Below are positions 50,225-60,714 of a stretch of DNA of 64,000 bases, in pieces. Made by a program: the position numbers and the translations under genes. Each line of letters starts with the position of its first letter. Positions within the stretch are counted from its first letter, which is position 1. The notes under the pieces were generated by a model. It saw nothing but the letters and a program-made list of their open reading frames with translations. It was not told where the DNA came from and searched no databases. Location of the stretch: the NCBI GenBank assembly GCA_963933885.1, contig CAWVWF010000001.1, forward strand, positions 3,638 to 67,637. The letters are read 5' to 3'. This stretch comes from an uncultured Flavobacteriales bacterium. GTDB lineage: Bacteria > Bacteroidota > Bacteroidia > Flavobacteriales_C > GCA-002722245.

Positions 50225-50388
50225 TAGGTTACCAACCCTAACATAGCAGTTCAAAAGTTAAGTGAGTACAATTATCAAATCACTTCAAATGAAGCTTTTT
50301 CAACAAGAGTGTTTAACACTTTAGGAAACGTGATTTTCTTGAAACAATTCAGAAGTATGTCAAAACTGTTGAGAAGATAATTAACAAT

Positions 50389-50420
50389 ACACGTATCACA
50401 ATTAAATAAGTGATACGTGT
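50389..50420. terminator. hairpin between the convergent CBM9-like and response-regulator genes (possible bidirectional terminator)
   Basis: acacgtatcac aattaaataa gtgatacgtgt. A perfect 11 bp stem with a 10 nt loop. There is no strong T-run. Confidence 0.3.
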
Positions 50421-50428
50421 AATATTTC

Positions 50429-51124
50429 TTAAGCAGTTAAAAGCTTAAAACCTCTACCGTGCATATTCACGATTTCTAATTTAGGATCTGCTTTCAAATA
50501 TTTTCTGAGTTTTGTAATATAAACATCCATAGATCTAGCATTAAAATAGCTATCATCTTTCCAGATCTTATTTAATGCTACAGAACGTTCAAGTACATTA
50601 TTAGAGTTCTCACAAAGTAACTTTAACAAATCAGCTTCTTTACTAGTTAACTTTTGATCAGCTCCTACGCCAGATAATACACGGCGATCATAATCAAATT
50701 TCAAATCTCCAACTTCAAAATTCCTTACATCAACTTGAACACTTGGTGTTCCTTGAGTTCTTCTTAAAATTGCCTTAATTCTTAAAAGCAATTCTTCCAT
50801 TGAAAAAGGTTTTGCAAGATAGTCATCTGCTCCACTTTGAAATCCTTCTATTTTATCTTCTTTTAATGATCTAGCTGACAAGAAGATTATTGGTATATTT
50901 TTATCTGTATTTCTAATCTCTTTAGCCAATGTAAAACCATCTTTAATAGGCATCATTACATCTAGAGCGCAAATATCAAAAGTACCGGCAATAAAAGCTT
51001 TAAACCCCTTATCTCCATCTCTTTCCAACTGACAGTCGTATCCTTTAGCATTAAGGTATTCTTGTAATATCGATCCTAAATTTGGATCATCTTCAACTAA
51101 TAATACTCTTACTTTGTCGCTCAT
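50429..51124 (-). CDS. OmpR/PhoB-type response regulator (receiver + winged-helix DNA-binding domain)
   Basis: VLLVEDDPNL…DICALDVMMPIKDGF receiver motifs. The C-terminal winged helix ends …HGRGFKLL. Confidence 0.9.
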   Translation of the reverse strand: MSDKVRVLLVEDDPNLGSILQEYLNAKGYDCQLERDGDKGFKAFIAGTFDICALDVMMPIKDGFTLAKEIRNTDKNIPIIFLSARSLKEDKIEGFQSGADDYLAKPFSMEELLLRIKAILRRTQGTPSVQVDVRNFEVGDLKFDYDRRVLSGVGADQKLTSKEADLLKLLCENSNNVLERSVALNKIWKDDSYFNARSMDVYITKLRKYLKADPKLEIVNMHGRGFKLLTA

Positions 51125-52680
51125 GATTTTAACTGATTAAATGGTATATAAAAACTAAATGTGGAACCTTTCCCAATACTACTGTTTACTTTCACCGAAC
51201 CTTCGTGTTTTTCAACAACAGCTTTAACGTAACTCAGTCCCAATCCAAATCCTTTCACATCGTGAACGTTTCCAGTTGGAACTCGGTATAATTTATCAAA
51301 TACTTTTACTAAATTTTCTTTTATAATTCCAATTCCCTCATCCTTAACATTAACCATGATTCCATTTCCTACATTATCAGAAGTTATTTCAAGTTTTGGT
51401 TGATTAGAAGAGTATTTAATTGCGTTGTCTATTAGGTTGCTGATAACATTGGTAATATGAATTTTATCAGCACTTACCATTACATTATGCGCTGTTAAAT
51501 TTAAATTAATTGACCCTTCCCTGTTATCTAATCTTACTTTAGCTCTATCTACAACATTATAAATTACATCATGCAGATCAAGTTCAACTAGCTTCAATTT
51601 AAAATCTCCTTTATCAAGAACTGCACTTTGTAAAACATTTTCTACCAATGTCCCAAGTCGTTTATTCTCATCGTTAATAACATTTACATAATGGGAAATT
51701 CGTTCTCCAGTTTTAGGTATGTCTTTATCATTTAAAACTTCACACGCTAAGGATATTGTTGATATTGGTGTTTTCAACTCATGCGTCATATTGTTAATGA
51801 AATCATTTTTAATTACAGCTACTTTCTTTTGTCTTACTACTGCTGCAAACGTTATCCAAAAGGTAATTACGATCGTAAGAATAAAAATCGATGAGAGTGA
51901 AATAACACCACTAATAGACTTTAATAAAAACCCTTTTTCTTTTGGGAAAATTAAACTGAATCTATCTTGATTGTAAAAGAAATCATTAGGGAACAGTCTG
52001 AAAACATAGGGTGAATTGAAGAAAAGTTCTTCGTTGATACCTTTTTCTTTTAACACCAAGTTGTTACCCCTGAAAATCCCCAAGTTAAAACGCGTTGTAA
52101 TCCCGTTGTGTTGAAGCTCTTCTTTTAAAATATTATTAAGTCTATGCGGATCAACCCTATCTACAACGGATTGAGGCTTTATATTTGTTAGATCTGCGAT
52201 TAAATTATTAATGATTGCTGCCTTTGATCTAGAATTAAAAAATTCTTTTACTGTACCGCTAGTCTGTTTATTAAAAGATTCTTTTACGATGTTTCCATGC
52301 TCATCTTTTAATGTCTGAGTCGTTTTCTTTATAATTCTTCCGTCTGAAGTTTCAAATACACTCTCTTGTCTCATTTCTAAGGCAAAATTCTTAGAATTAA
52401 CATTTGTATCAATCCTAGTTTGAGTACTTATTGTGAAAGGACTATGAGATGGATTATAGTTATTTCTAATAGCAGAGCTTTGCTGAGAATTTAATTTAGA
52501 AAGTTTTTCTATATGCTCCAATTTATAAACTGATGTACGCATAGAAGACAAAACATCAGCTCTGAACTGCTGCTCTTTAAGCGTTATCGCGCTTTTAAGC
52601 CAGTAACCTTGTACAACGATAATCCCCAGGAGAGCCCCTGTCATTACCATTACTAATATTTTTAAATGCTTTTCTTTCAC
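51121..52680 (-). CDS. sensor histidine kinase (two TM segments, periplasmic sensor, HisKA + HATPase)
   Basis: H-box MTHELKTPIST. N-box NLIDNAIKYS. G-boxes DEGIGI…GFGLGLSYV. It overlaps the response-regulator gene by 4 nt, so the two form an operon. Confidence 0.85.
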   Translation of the reverse strand: MKEKHLKILVMVMTGALLGIIVVQGYWLKSAITLKEQQFRADVLSSMRTSVYKLEHIEKLSKLNSQQSSAIRNNYNPSHSPFTISTQTRIDTNVNSKNFALEMRQESVFETSDGRIIKKTTQTLKDEHGNIVKESFNKQTSGTVKEFFNSRSKAAIINNLIADLTNIKPQSVVDRVDPHRLNNILKEELQHNGITTRFNLGIFRGNNLVLKEKGINEELFFNSPYVFRLFPNDFFYNQDRFSLIFPKEKGFLLKSISGVISLSSIFILTIVITFWITFAAVVRQKKVAVIKNDFINNMTHELKTPISTISLACEVLNDKDIPKTGERISHYVNVINDENKRLGTLVENVLQSAVLDKGDFKLKLVELDLHDVIYNVVDRAKVRLDNREGSINLNLTAHNVMVSADKIHITNVISNLIDNAIKYSSNQPKLEITSDNVGNGIMVNVKDEGIGIIKENLVKVFDKLYRVPTGNVHDVKGFGLGLSYVKAVVEKHEGSVKVNSSIGKGSTFSFYIPFNQLKS

Positions 52681-52794
52681 GAGCTACAAAGATAGAAGTT
52701 AATTTATTTGTTCAAATAGGGTTAACCTTTTTTAACAACGACGCAACAATTTTACGAAATCTAAGTAGAAACCCTCGTATTTAATACCATTCAA

Positions 52795-54378
52795 ATGACT
52801 TTAAAAAAACGATTTATAATAGGTTTTGCATTAATTATAGGATTACTTCTAGGTTCTTCTTTATACAGCGCGTTTAAAATTAACGCAATGCATGAAACCA
52901 CAGAAAAGCTCTATAATCATCCATATACCGTTAACAATGCTATAGCAGAGATAAGATTTACACTTGGTGATTGTGATAAAATAGTTAGTGATCTTGCTTA
53001 CGGGCAAATCACTGATTTGGAACTTGCAAAAAAAGAAGTGGAAAAGCATAGTGTAGTCATTGGTGAAAACCTTAAAATAATTAAAACACAGTTTTTAGGC
53101 GACCAATCATATTACAATGATTTTCTCGACAAAAGTAAAGAATTAGAAAAGTCATATTTAGCGATTTTTGCCTTTGCATCAGAATCTAATCTTGATGCTG
53201 GTATTCAAGAGTATAAAGAAAACACCAAAATACATTATTTAGAGAACCAGAGAATACTTGATAAATTCTTATCCTTTGCAAAAGAAAAAGGTAATGAGTT
53301 CCTTTTAAATTCAACAGAAGACAAAGAATCTACCTTAAATTCTTTCATTATCATTTCAATTATTATAATCCTCTTAGCATCCGCTTTTGCATACAAGACA
53401 TTACTTTCTTTTACTAAACCTATTAATTACGCTAAAGCAACTGCTGAAGAAATTGCAACTGGAAACCTATCTGTAAATTTCGAATTTTCTAAAAAGGATG
53501 AGATTGGGTCTTTATTAGAGAGCATTCAAATTATTGTAAATAACATAAAAAGGGCATCTGACTTCACTGAAAAAATTGGTGCTGGTGAAATTAATGCAGA
53601 GTTTGAGCCTGTTGGAGAACAGGATACATTAGGTCAATCTTTATTGGAAATGCGTTCAAAACTTCAAACGGTTGCAGAGGAAGATGAGAAACGAAATTGG
53701 TCTACACGCGGATTAGCCATTTTTGGGGAGATATTAAGAAGCGACTCAAATGATCTTAACCTATTTGGACAACAAATAATAACAAAATTAATTGAATACC
53801 TAAATGCTAATCAAGGAGGTGTATTCATAATTAATGATGTTGATCCAGAAGACCCAAAAATGGAGATGATAGCTGCATACGCTTATGATCGTGAAAAATA
53901 CTTATCGAAAGAAATAAGAAAAGGTCAAGGATTAATTGGTCAATCTTGGGAAGAGAACAATAAGATATATCTTAAACAAATACCCCAAAATTACATTTCT
54001 ATCAAGTCAGGGCTAGGAGATGCAAATCCAAGCTCTCTTTTAATAATCCCACTTAAAGAAAATGATGACATTTTCGGTATGATTGAATTGGCATCATTTA
54101 AAGAATTTGAAGAGTATGAGATTGAATTCTTAGAAAGGTTAGCTCAAAGTATTGGGGCAACTTTTAAGAACTTAAAAACAAATATTCAAACAACAAAGCT
54201 GTTAGCAGAATCTCAGAACATGCAAGAAACAATGCAAGAACAAGAAGAAACAATGCGTCAAAACATTGAAGAAATGCAAGCAACACAAGACATGATGGAT
54301 CAAAAAGAAACTGAGTATCAAGATGAAATAAAAGATTTGAAAAAAGAAGTAAGAGGCTTAAAGGAAAATAATGAGTAG
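52795..54378 (+). CDS. membrane signalling protein: N-terminal helical sensor (CHASE3-like), HAMP, GAF, and a C-terminal coiled coil with no enzymatic output domain
   Basis: TM1 at residues ~8-30. A second TM precedes the HAMP segment (…ATAEEIATGNLSVNFEF…GSLLESI…). The GAF-like segment runs …GLIGQSWEENNKIY…LIIPLKENDDIFGMIELASF…. The final ~70 aa are heptad-rich (QEQEETMRQNIEEMQ…). Confidence 0.7.
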   Translation: MTLKKRFIIGFALIIGLLLGSSLYSAFKINAMHETTEKLYNHPYTVNNAIAEIRFTLGDCDKIVSDLAYGQITDLELAKKEVEKHSVVIGENLKIIKTQFLGDQSYYNDFLDKSKELEKSYLAIFAFASESNLDAGIQEYKENTKIHYLENQRILDKFLSFAKEKGNEFLLNSTEDKESTLNSFIIISIIIILLASAFAYKTLLSFTKPINYAKATAEEIATGNLSVNFEFSKKDEIGSLLESIQIIVNNIKRASDFTEKIGAGEINAEFEPVGEQDTLGQSLLEMRSKLQTVAEEDEKRNWSTRGLAIFGEILRSDSNDLNLFGQQIITKLIEYLNANQGGVFIINDVDPEDPKMEMIAAYAYDREKYLSKEIRKGQGLIGQSWEENNKIYLKQIPQNYISIKSGLGDANPSSLLIIPLKENDDIFGMIELASFKEFEEYEIEFLERLAQSIGATFKNLKTNIQTTKLLAESQNMQETMQEQEETMRQNIEEMQATQDMMDQKETEYQDEIKDLKKEVRGLKENNE

Positions 54379-54391
54379 GTTATAAAAAAAG

Positions 54392-54417
54392 AAAGGTTTC
54401 ACAAATGTGAAACCTTT
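54392..54417 (+). terminator. terminator-like hairpin after the HAMP-GAF gene
   Basis: aaggtttcaca aa tgtgaaacctt followed by tacaaaa. 11 bp stem. Confidence 0.3.
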
Positions 54418-54553
54418 ACAAAACCCTTAACTATAAGAAACTACCTCTTATTACCTGACACAAATCTATGAAGTTAATTGTTCTTTTCATGGAACTAATC
54501 GTCAAAACGAAGAAAACAGATACTGAATTGACAATTTTAATACTTCAATCGAA

Positions 54554-56977
54554 TTACAATACTTCACGGTTAATATAAAAAGTTATTTTTTTGTTGATTT
54601 TCCTTTCTGATTCAGGGTGAATCATCTGAATAAACAAAACATAAATTCCTGCTGTGATGGTTGATTTTGTTATTAAACTACAATCCCATATTAGTCTGTC
54701 TGATGCACCAAACAACATATTAGGAGCAAGTGTATGAATTACAATTCCTAATGAATTTATTACTTGAATCGATCCGATCCAACCTATTTCTTTCATATTA
54801 ATATGAATTCTTAAGAAATCATTTACCCCATCGTTATTTGGAGTTATTACATTATGCTCTATAAACACATTTTCATGCTCTTCAATAACCTTACCCATCG
54901 TACTATTTGGTAAACCTGGTGTTCCGTAACCGGAGCTTGATGATGCGGAAAACCAATTTGTAGAATTATTACTTAAATTCGGAGATATCCGCTCTAACGA
55001 AATGTTTTCTGTTGAATTTAACTCCGAATAATGCCATGTATCTGAATATGACAAAGAATCTATAATTATCCCTTGCGTAGATATTAACAACACAACATCA
55101 TCAGAATTGTTACATGAAGGTAAATTAGCATAATTTATTCTTCCACTTTCATTAAACTGTTGTTTTACCCAATCCAAGTCTTCTGTAAATGCAACTGTTT
55201 CTGATGGTGATATCAATTTGTCTTCTTTAGACAAGAAATGAACATCTGTAATCTTTCCATTCTCATCCAATGATCCGAATTGGAGCTTGCTTAGATTATA
55301 ATAGTTACTTGAATTATTCAATATTTCTATAAAATCAGAACCTGAAACATCTGGATCAAACAATATTTCATTAATAATTAAATCATTTTTTTTTGATATC
55401 GTCGGGAGTGAAAATTTAAAGGAAGCTCCATCAAAAATCCCATCATCCCAACATGAATTTATGGTTTGATTAATTCTTAAATTGTAAATAGAATCAACTT
55501 TCATATGATCTGTAGAAACAGTTATTTCGTTACTTTCATAAAGTAATTGATATACAGAAAGATTATCTATTATAATAGAATCTAATACTGTCTCATTTTG
55601 AATTTCATAATTAAAAGTGATCTGTAAAGTCGTATCATTTATTGGAAAAACATGATCCAATTCAAAAACTATATCTTTTTCTAAAATTCCATTTACAGAA
55701 TTAATAACTCCAGGAGTTCCACCATCAAAATTCCCAGATGCTTCCCAATTGTTAATTTTCAAACAAGGCTTTGTGACATCTATCATTTCTAATGACCAAC
55801 CTCCACTCTGTTTATAAGCATCTTTATACCAATCTAAATTATAATCAACTTGATGAATACTTTGATTATTCGAAATAATTTTAATTTCAGAACCACTATT
55901 TAGAAGTGCTTTCTTTGGATAAATCACCAAGTACTCGTTTTGAGTCAAGACTGTATCAGGTAATATTTCACTCACCCCATCAACCCAAAGCACAATACTT
56001 CTCATTGGAAGTATTTGGCCTGATCTATTATACAATTCTACATATTCATCCGATAGTAAATTGATACTTGCATCGGGTGCAGCCATTACCTCAGTTATTA
56101 TTAAGTCATATTGATTGAGATAATTAATAAATATAAATGTGTCAATCATCAAAGTATTTCCATCAACATCATGAATTGAATCAATGATATTTAATGTGAA
56201 ATCACGTGAATCACTATAGTTTAAAACAATACTACTATCTAGTAAAACAACACTAGAAGGAGTTGGATTAAAATCAAGACGATTGTTTTTAATTCTTTCA
56301 TTGAAGCACAATACTATTTCATTTTTAGAATTAACCTCCAGAGAAGTGATAAAGGGTGGAATTGAATCCACAGGTTCTACTCCAAAATACAAATCGTTAA
56401 AATTAAACTTAGTCGCATTAGATTTAGTGTACTTACAATTTAAACCTATATAGTTTAATGAAATTGGCGAATACAAAGCGCCTAATCGTCTTATTGTATC
56501 CTGACTGAATTTCTCAAAAAAAACTAAACTGTCATTTTTGTAACTGATAGAAATTGTTCCGCTTCCACCATTTCCCCAATTCCTATCGTAATTATAGAGT
56601 TTAAGTACATTATCTTTGAAGATATCAAAGCCGTCAGATGTTCCAGACTCTCCTACTTTGAAGGAAATTAAATGAGGGGTTGCAAATAAAGAATCAGTTG
56701 AAATTAATAATTCAAAACTATTATTATTACTTGGTGAAAACGGTAATGAAACATTACAATTAAACACAGCATCTTCTTTCCAATTGGCTTCAAAATAAAT
56801 CAAACTTGATCCGCTAGAATTCTGATTTAACGAAATTTCATTTTGCTTCCAATCAAAATCTAAAACATCACCTTTCCAATGTTGTAATGAATCAAAATCA
56901 ACATTTTGTCCATTTGATATTAGCGTAAAAAAACAGGCTGAAATTATTAGTAATGTTGATTTCATGAGCATATCCAT
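54554..56977 (-). CDS. large secreted protein with two lamin-tail-like (LTD) domains and a type-B (gliding-motility-associated) C-terminal domain
   Basis: Signal peptide. LTD-like segments LIITEVMAAPD…DEYVELYNRSG and LIINEILFDPD…DFIEILNNSS. The C-terminus ITPNNDGVNDFLRI… matches the type-B CTD motif. Confidence 0.65.
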   Translation of the reverse strand: MDMLMKSTLLIISACFFTLISNGQNVDFDSLQHWKGDVLDFDWKQNEISLNQNSSGSSLIYFEANWKEDAVFNCNVSLPFSPSNNNSFELLISTDSLFATPHLISFKVGESGTSDGFDIFKDNVLKLYNYDRNWGNGGSGTISISYKNDSLVFFEKFSQDTIRRLGALYSPISLNYIGLNCKYTKSNATKFNFNDLYFGVEPVDSIPPFITSLEVNSKNEIVLCFNERIKNNRLDFNPTPSSVVLLDSSIVLNYSDSRDFTLNIIDSIHDVDGNTLMIDTFIFINYLNQYDLIITEVMAAPDASINLLSDEYVELYNRSGQILPMRSIVLWVDGVSEILPDTVLTQNEYLVIYPKKALLNSGSEIKIISNNQSIHQVDYNLDWYKDAYKQSGGWSLEMIDVTKPCLKINNWEASGNFDGGTPGVINSVNGILEKDIVFELDHVFPINDTTLQITFNYEIQNETVLDSIIIDNLSVYQLLYESNEITVSTDHMKVDSIYNLRINQTINSCWDDGIFDGASFKFSLPTISKKNDLIINEILFDPDVSGSDFIEILNNSSNYYNLSKLQFGSLDENGKITDVHFLSKEDKLISPSETVAFTEDLDWVKQQFNESGRINYANLPSCNNSDDVVLLISTQGIIIDSLSYSDTWHYSELNSTENISLERISPNLSNNSTNWFSASSSSGYGTPGLPNSTMGKVIEEHENVFIEHNVITPNNDGVNDFLRIHINMKEIGWIGSIQVINSLGIVIHTLAPNMLFGASDRLIWDCSLITKSTITAGIYVLFIQMIHPESERKINKKITFYINREVL

Positions 56978-57138
56978 TAAAAAGAAGTCGGGAAATTAGC
57001 AGATAAATCATGAAACTAACGTCTCAATCCTATTAGTTATAGGCAGAATGCAAATAATTATCGAATAAATCTTTAAAACTGTGTTAATCAGAATAAAAAG
57101 AATTAATTTTGACGTCCAATTTTATAAACTTTATAAGT

Positions 57139-58152
57139 ATGAAAGTAGCGGTTGTTGGAGCCAGCGGAGCTGTTGGTCAGGAGTTTTTAAGCATTTTAGC
57201 AGAAAGATCATTAGGAATGGATGAGTTAGTCCTTTTCGGATCTGCAAGAAGTGCTGGAAAAGAGTATGATTTTAAAGGAGAAAAACTAGTTGTAAAAGAA
57301 CTTAAACATAACGATGATTTTAAAGACATCGATATCGCTTTAGTTTCTGCAGGTGGTGGAATCTCTAAAGAATACGCTGACACAATCACAAAGCATGGCG
57401 CAGTGATGATTGACAACTCAAGTGCTTTCCGTATGGACAAAGATGTTCCATTGGTAGTTCCTGAAGTAAATGCAAAAGACGCAGAAAATCGTCCTCGTAA
57501 TATTATTGCAAATCCAAACTGTACAACTATTCAAATGGTTGTTGCTTTAAAGGCTTTGGAAGGACTTTCTCATATTAAGCAGGTTCATGTATCTACTTAT
57601 CAATCTGCTTCTGGAGCAGGTGCAAGTGGTATGGCTGAATTAGAAGAGCAAGTAAAAGAATTTGTAAACGGTAAAGAATTAAATATTGAAGCGTTTGCGC
57701 ATCAATTACTATTTAATGTTATACCTCATGTTGATGTTTTCACTGAAAACGGATACACTAAAGAGGAAATGAAAATGTATCATGAGACTAAAAAGATCAT
57801 GAATTCAGATATTAATGTAAGTGCAACTTGTGTTCGTGTTCCTGTAATGCGTGCTCATTCAGAATCTATCTGGTGTGAAACTGAAAGTCCAGTTTCTCCT
57901 GCTGAATTTACTAAAGCGCTTGAAGCTGCAGAAGGAATTACTGTAGTAGATGATTTACCTAAATTAGGTTATCCTATGCCGTTAGATTTAGCTGGTAAAG
58001 ATGACGTTTATGTTGGTAGAATTCGTGCTGATTTAGCAAATCCAAATGGAATTACATTTTGGTGTGTTAGTGATCAAATTAGAAAAGGTGCTGCATTAAA
58101 CGCAGTCCAAATCGCTGAATATTTAGTGAAAAACAATCTTGTAAAAAACTAA
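57139..58152 (+). CDS. asd: aspartate-semialdehyde dehydrogenase
   Basis: [16 protein letters not shown] Rossmann start. The active-site IANPNCTTI is present. The track start 57109 is a TTG. I moved the start to the ATG at 57139. Confidence 0.9.
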   Translation: MKVAVVGASGAVGQEFLSILAERSLGMDELVLFGSARSAGKEYDFKGEKLVVKELKHNDDFKDIDIALVSAGGGISKEYADTITKHGAVMIDNSSAFRMDKDVPLVVPEVNAKDAENRPRNIIANPNCTTIQMVVALKALEGLSHIKQVHVSTYQSASGAGASGMAELEEQVKEFVNGKELNIEAFAHQLLFNVIPHVDVFTENGYTKEEMKMYHETKKIMNSDINVSATCVRVPVMRAHSESIWCETESPVSPAEFTKALEAAEGITVVDDLPKLGYPMPLDLAGKDDVYVGRIRADLANPNGITFWCVSDQIRKGAALNAVQIAEYLVKNNLVKN

Positions 58153-58177
58153 ATTTTACAAAGGTTTTAAAATACAA

Positions 58178-58210
58178 AAGGCAGTTTCTTAATTGAAACT
58201 GCCTTTTTTT
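58178..58210 (+). terminator. rho-independent terminator after asd (also serves the convergent protease gene)
   Basis: aaggcagtttc ttaatt gaaactgcctt tttttt. An 11 bp perfect stem followed by T6-T7. Confidence 0.6.
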
Positions 58211-58231
58211 GTCTATTTATTTAGAATATGT

Positions 58232-60313
58232 CTATCTCTTAATAACTTGTAATGCTGTTGTTCCATTTTGATTTCCTATCGATAAGATGTATACTCCACT
58301 ATTTAAAGTTTCTATATTAAACCCTTTCGATACGATACTAGCACCTGCTATAGTTCCTCTTTCGATTACTTTACCTTGAATATCCGTAAGTTGATATGTA
58401 ACTGACTCGTACGACTCAGATACATAATTCAATACAAAACTATTGCTCACTGGATTTGGTGAAATACTTAAATTACTAACTCCTTCAATTCTAGTAATAC
58501 TATTCTGATTACAAACGTTAATTGAAGCTGATTCATGAATATATTCTTCGTTTGCAACATCTGCGTTTACTGTAATTTCTGGTGCTGTAATATTATCATA
58601 GCTAGAACTGTCAATATGTAAATCATACGCTCCTGCAGCTACCCCTGTAAAAGAATAATTCCCTAGTGCATCTGTAGAGGTTGTGTAATGTGTTTGTCCG
58701 TCTTTAACTAAGCTAACACCTAACAAAGCACTTCCTGTTGTTCCGCATGCACTAGAAGTCTTACTCGAAGAGTTCTCATAAAGCTTTCCTGCAACAGTAT
58801 AAACTTTATGAATATACACCGCGTAATCTTCCGCTTGTCCATACTCTGGATTCATACAAGCACTAGAGATCGTATTTAAGTCTAATAACAACCTCATTCG
58901 TAAGAACTGTCCTTCAGTTGCAGTGTTAGGAATTGTTACTGATTGTGAAACTGTAGATTTTGCAGTTAAGGTTTGATCATATATTTCTTCATCGTTGGCG
59001 AAAACTCCATCATTATTGTAATCAATCCAACCCTTTACATAACTTAAATTTGCCCAAGAAGTAACTGATAAATCATAAGAAGAATCTGGGTGTACATAAA
59101 CTGCTTTTAAACACTCATCCGCATTGTTGACATAACCTCCATCATTCGAAGCATAAGAAGAACTTGCTGATAAAGTATGGAAATCAACATTCATTATTCC
59201 AGCGTATCCTCCACTTAAACCTAATGCTTCTGTAGTTGGTTCACATGAAGGTGTTTTTGGCTCTGTAAAGGCTGTTAATGCAACTGATAATCCTTTAGAG
59301 GAAAGTAAGCTTGATCTTGATCCTTCTAAAGTTGCACGCATTCTATCGATCTGATCTTGAGAAAACATATACTGACAATCTTGATCCGAATAATCCATGT
59401 AATTATGTACAACATCCCCGAAAATATTTCCTGTACATTCATTGATTTGACTGTCTGTACAAGTAAAACTTGCACTTACTTTATGTGGATCTGTATCACA
59501 ACACAAATCTCCTTCTGTAGCACAATTAGTATTTGAAGGACAACCATTAGCTGTTGTATCAGCAGCAGTTTGTACCTTAAAAGTATGGTGTAAATTTAAA
59601 CCGTGACCCAATTCATGAATTCCTGTTTTCCCTTGATTGTTCCAAGAATTAGCTGTTCCGGTATTTCCCCAAGCTGAATTCAATATAATAGTTCCATCTC
59701 TCAAGCTAGAGGTTCCAGGGAAATAAGCATAACCTTGTGTTCCAAAACCTCCATCGTTACCTTCAATTTCAGAAACAATCCAGATATTATAATAATCATT
59801 ATTTGGCCATTTACTCGCAGCTTTTAAAGTTACCTCATCAGCTCCCAATGATTGAATAGCTATTCCATCTGTTGTATACCCCGCAATTACAGAAGCATCA
59901 AATCGAACAATTCCTGTTGAAATATTACAACTAGGATCCTGCTTCGCTAAAACAAATTCAATTTTTGTATCAATACCTTGACCATCTACATCTCTAAATG
60001 CATTGTTCAGTTGAGTAATTCCACTTATAATTTGAGCATCCGAAATATTATTCCCAACCCCTATATCTTCACCAGTATGCATTACGTGAATTACCACAGG
60101 GATTTGGTATACTTCACTAGTAGATCTTGTTGTATATCCTTTTTGAATAATTTTTTGAAGTTGATTTTCTATACTTTCAAAACTAGCCTTTGCAGCAGGA
60201 TTTTGTTTTAAATATTCTGAGTGTTTATAGCTATTCGCACACCTTTCAGTGTGTTGCGCAAAAGATACTTGTAAAGCTAAAAATCCAAAAACTGTAAGTA
60301 GAATATTTTTCAT
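58232..60313 (-). CDS. zinc metalloprotease, M43 (pappalysin/cytophagalysin)-like HExxHxxxxxH, with a T9SS type-A CTD
   Basis: HELGHGLNLHHTF motif. Signal peptide. C-terminus LSISPNPVSNSFVLNY…GVYILSI…QVIKR sorting domain. Confidence 0.8.
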   Translation of the reverse strand: MKNILLTVFGFLALQVSFAQHTERCANSYKHSEYLKQNPAAKASFESIENQLQKIIQKGYTTRSTSEVYQIPVVIHVMHTGEDIGVGNNISDAQIISGITQLNNAFRDVDGQGIDTKIEFVLAKQDPSCNISTGIVRFDASVIAGYTTDGIAIQSLGADEVTLKAASKWPNNDYYNIWIVSEIEGNDGGFGTQGYAYFPGTSSLRDGTIILNSAWGNTGTANSWNNQGKTGIHELGHGLNLHHTFKVQTAADTTANGCPSNTNCATEGDLCCDTDPHKVSASFTCTDSQINECTGNIFGDVVHNYMDYSDQDCQYMFSQDQIDRMRATLEGSRSSLLSSKGLSVALTAFTEPKTPSCEPTTEALGLSGGYAGIMNVDFHTLSASSSYASNDGGYVNNADECLKAVYVHPDSSYDLSVTSWANLSYVKGWIDYNNDGVFANDEEIYDQTLTAKSTVSQSVTIPNTATEGQFLRMRLLLDLNTISSACMNPEYGQAEDYAVYIHKVYTVAGKLYENSSSKTSSACGTTGSALLGVSLVKDGQTHYTTSTDALGNYSFTGVAAGAYDLHIDSSSYDNITAPEITVNADVANEEYIHESASINVCNQNSITRIEGVSNLSISPNPVSNSFVLNYVSESYESVTYQLTDIQGKVIERGTIAGASIVSKGFNIETLNSGVYILSIGNQNGTTALQVIKR

Positions 60314-60714
60314 ATTGGTTTAGTTTGTAAGCAAGCAGGCTATTAATGTACCCTCAAATCAGCTAAAATGTTACAGGCACACAATACGGTATTCACCCTA
60401 ATATATAGAAGCGGTATAAAACGTACTAAATTTCTTAAAACATAAACACAAAATTCCTTTTGAAAGTTATCATTTTAAATAAAAATAAAAAGATGCTAAT
60501 AATTTTAGCAAACAAAAAAAGCAACACATCCTTCCGATCCCGTAATACTTTATGAAAAGCATGAAAATTGAATTGTGCAACTACAAAAATAGTTTTTGCA
60601 TTATTGCCAACTTTATTTGCAATTACGCTTTTTTGTTAGTATTATTGATAAAGCAATAGTTTTATAAATTATTGACCAAGACCAATCAACTTTTCAAAAA
60701 ATAAAAAATATATT

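Noticed and set aside
60540-60714. Sigma-54 (-24/-12) promoter upstream of the pspA-like gene, by analogy with E. coli pspA.
   Set aside because: The closest candidates (TGTGCAAC…TTTTTGCA; TGCCAACTTTATTTGCA) lack the invariant GG-N10-GC spacing, so I make no call.
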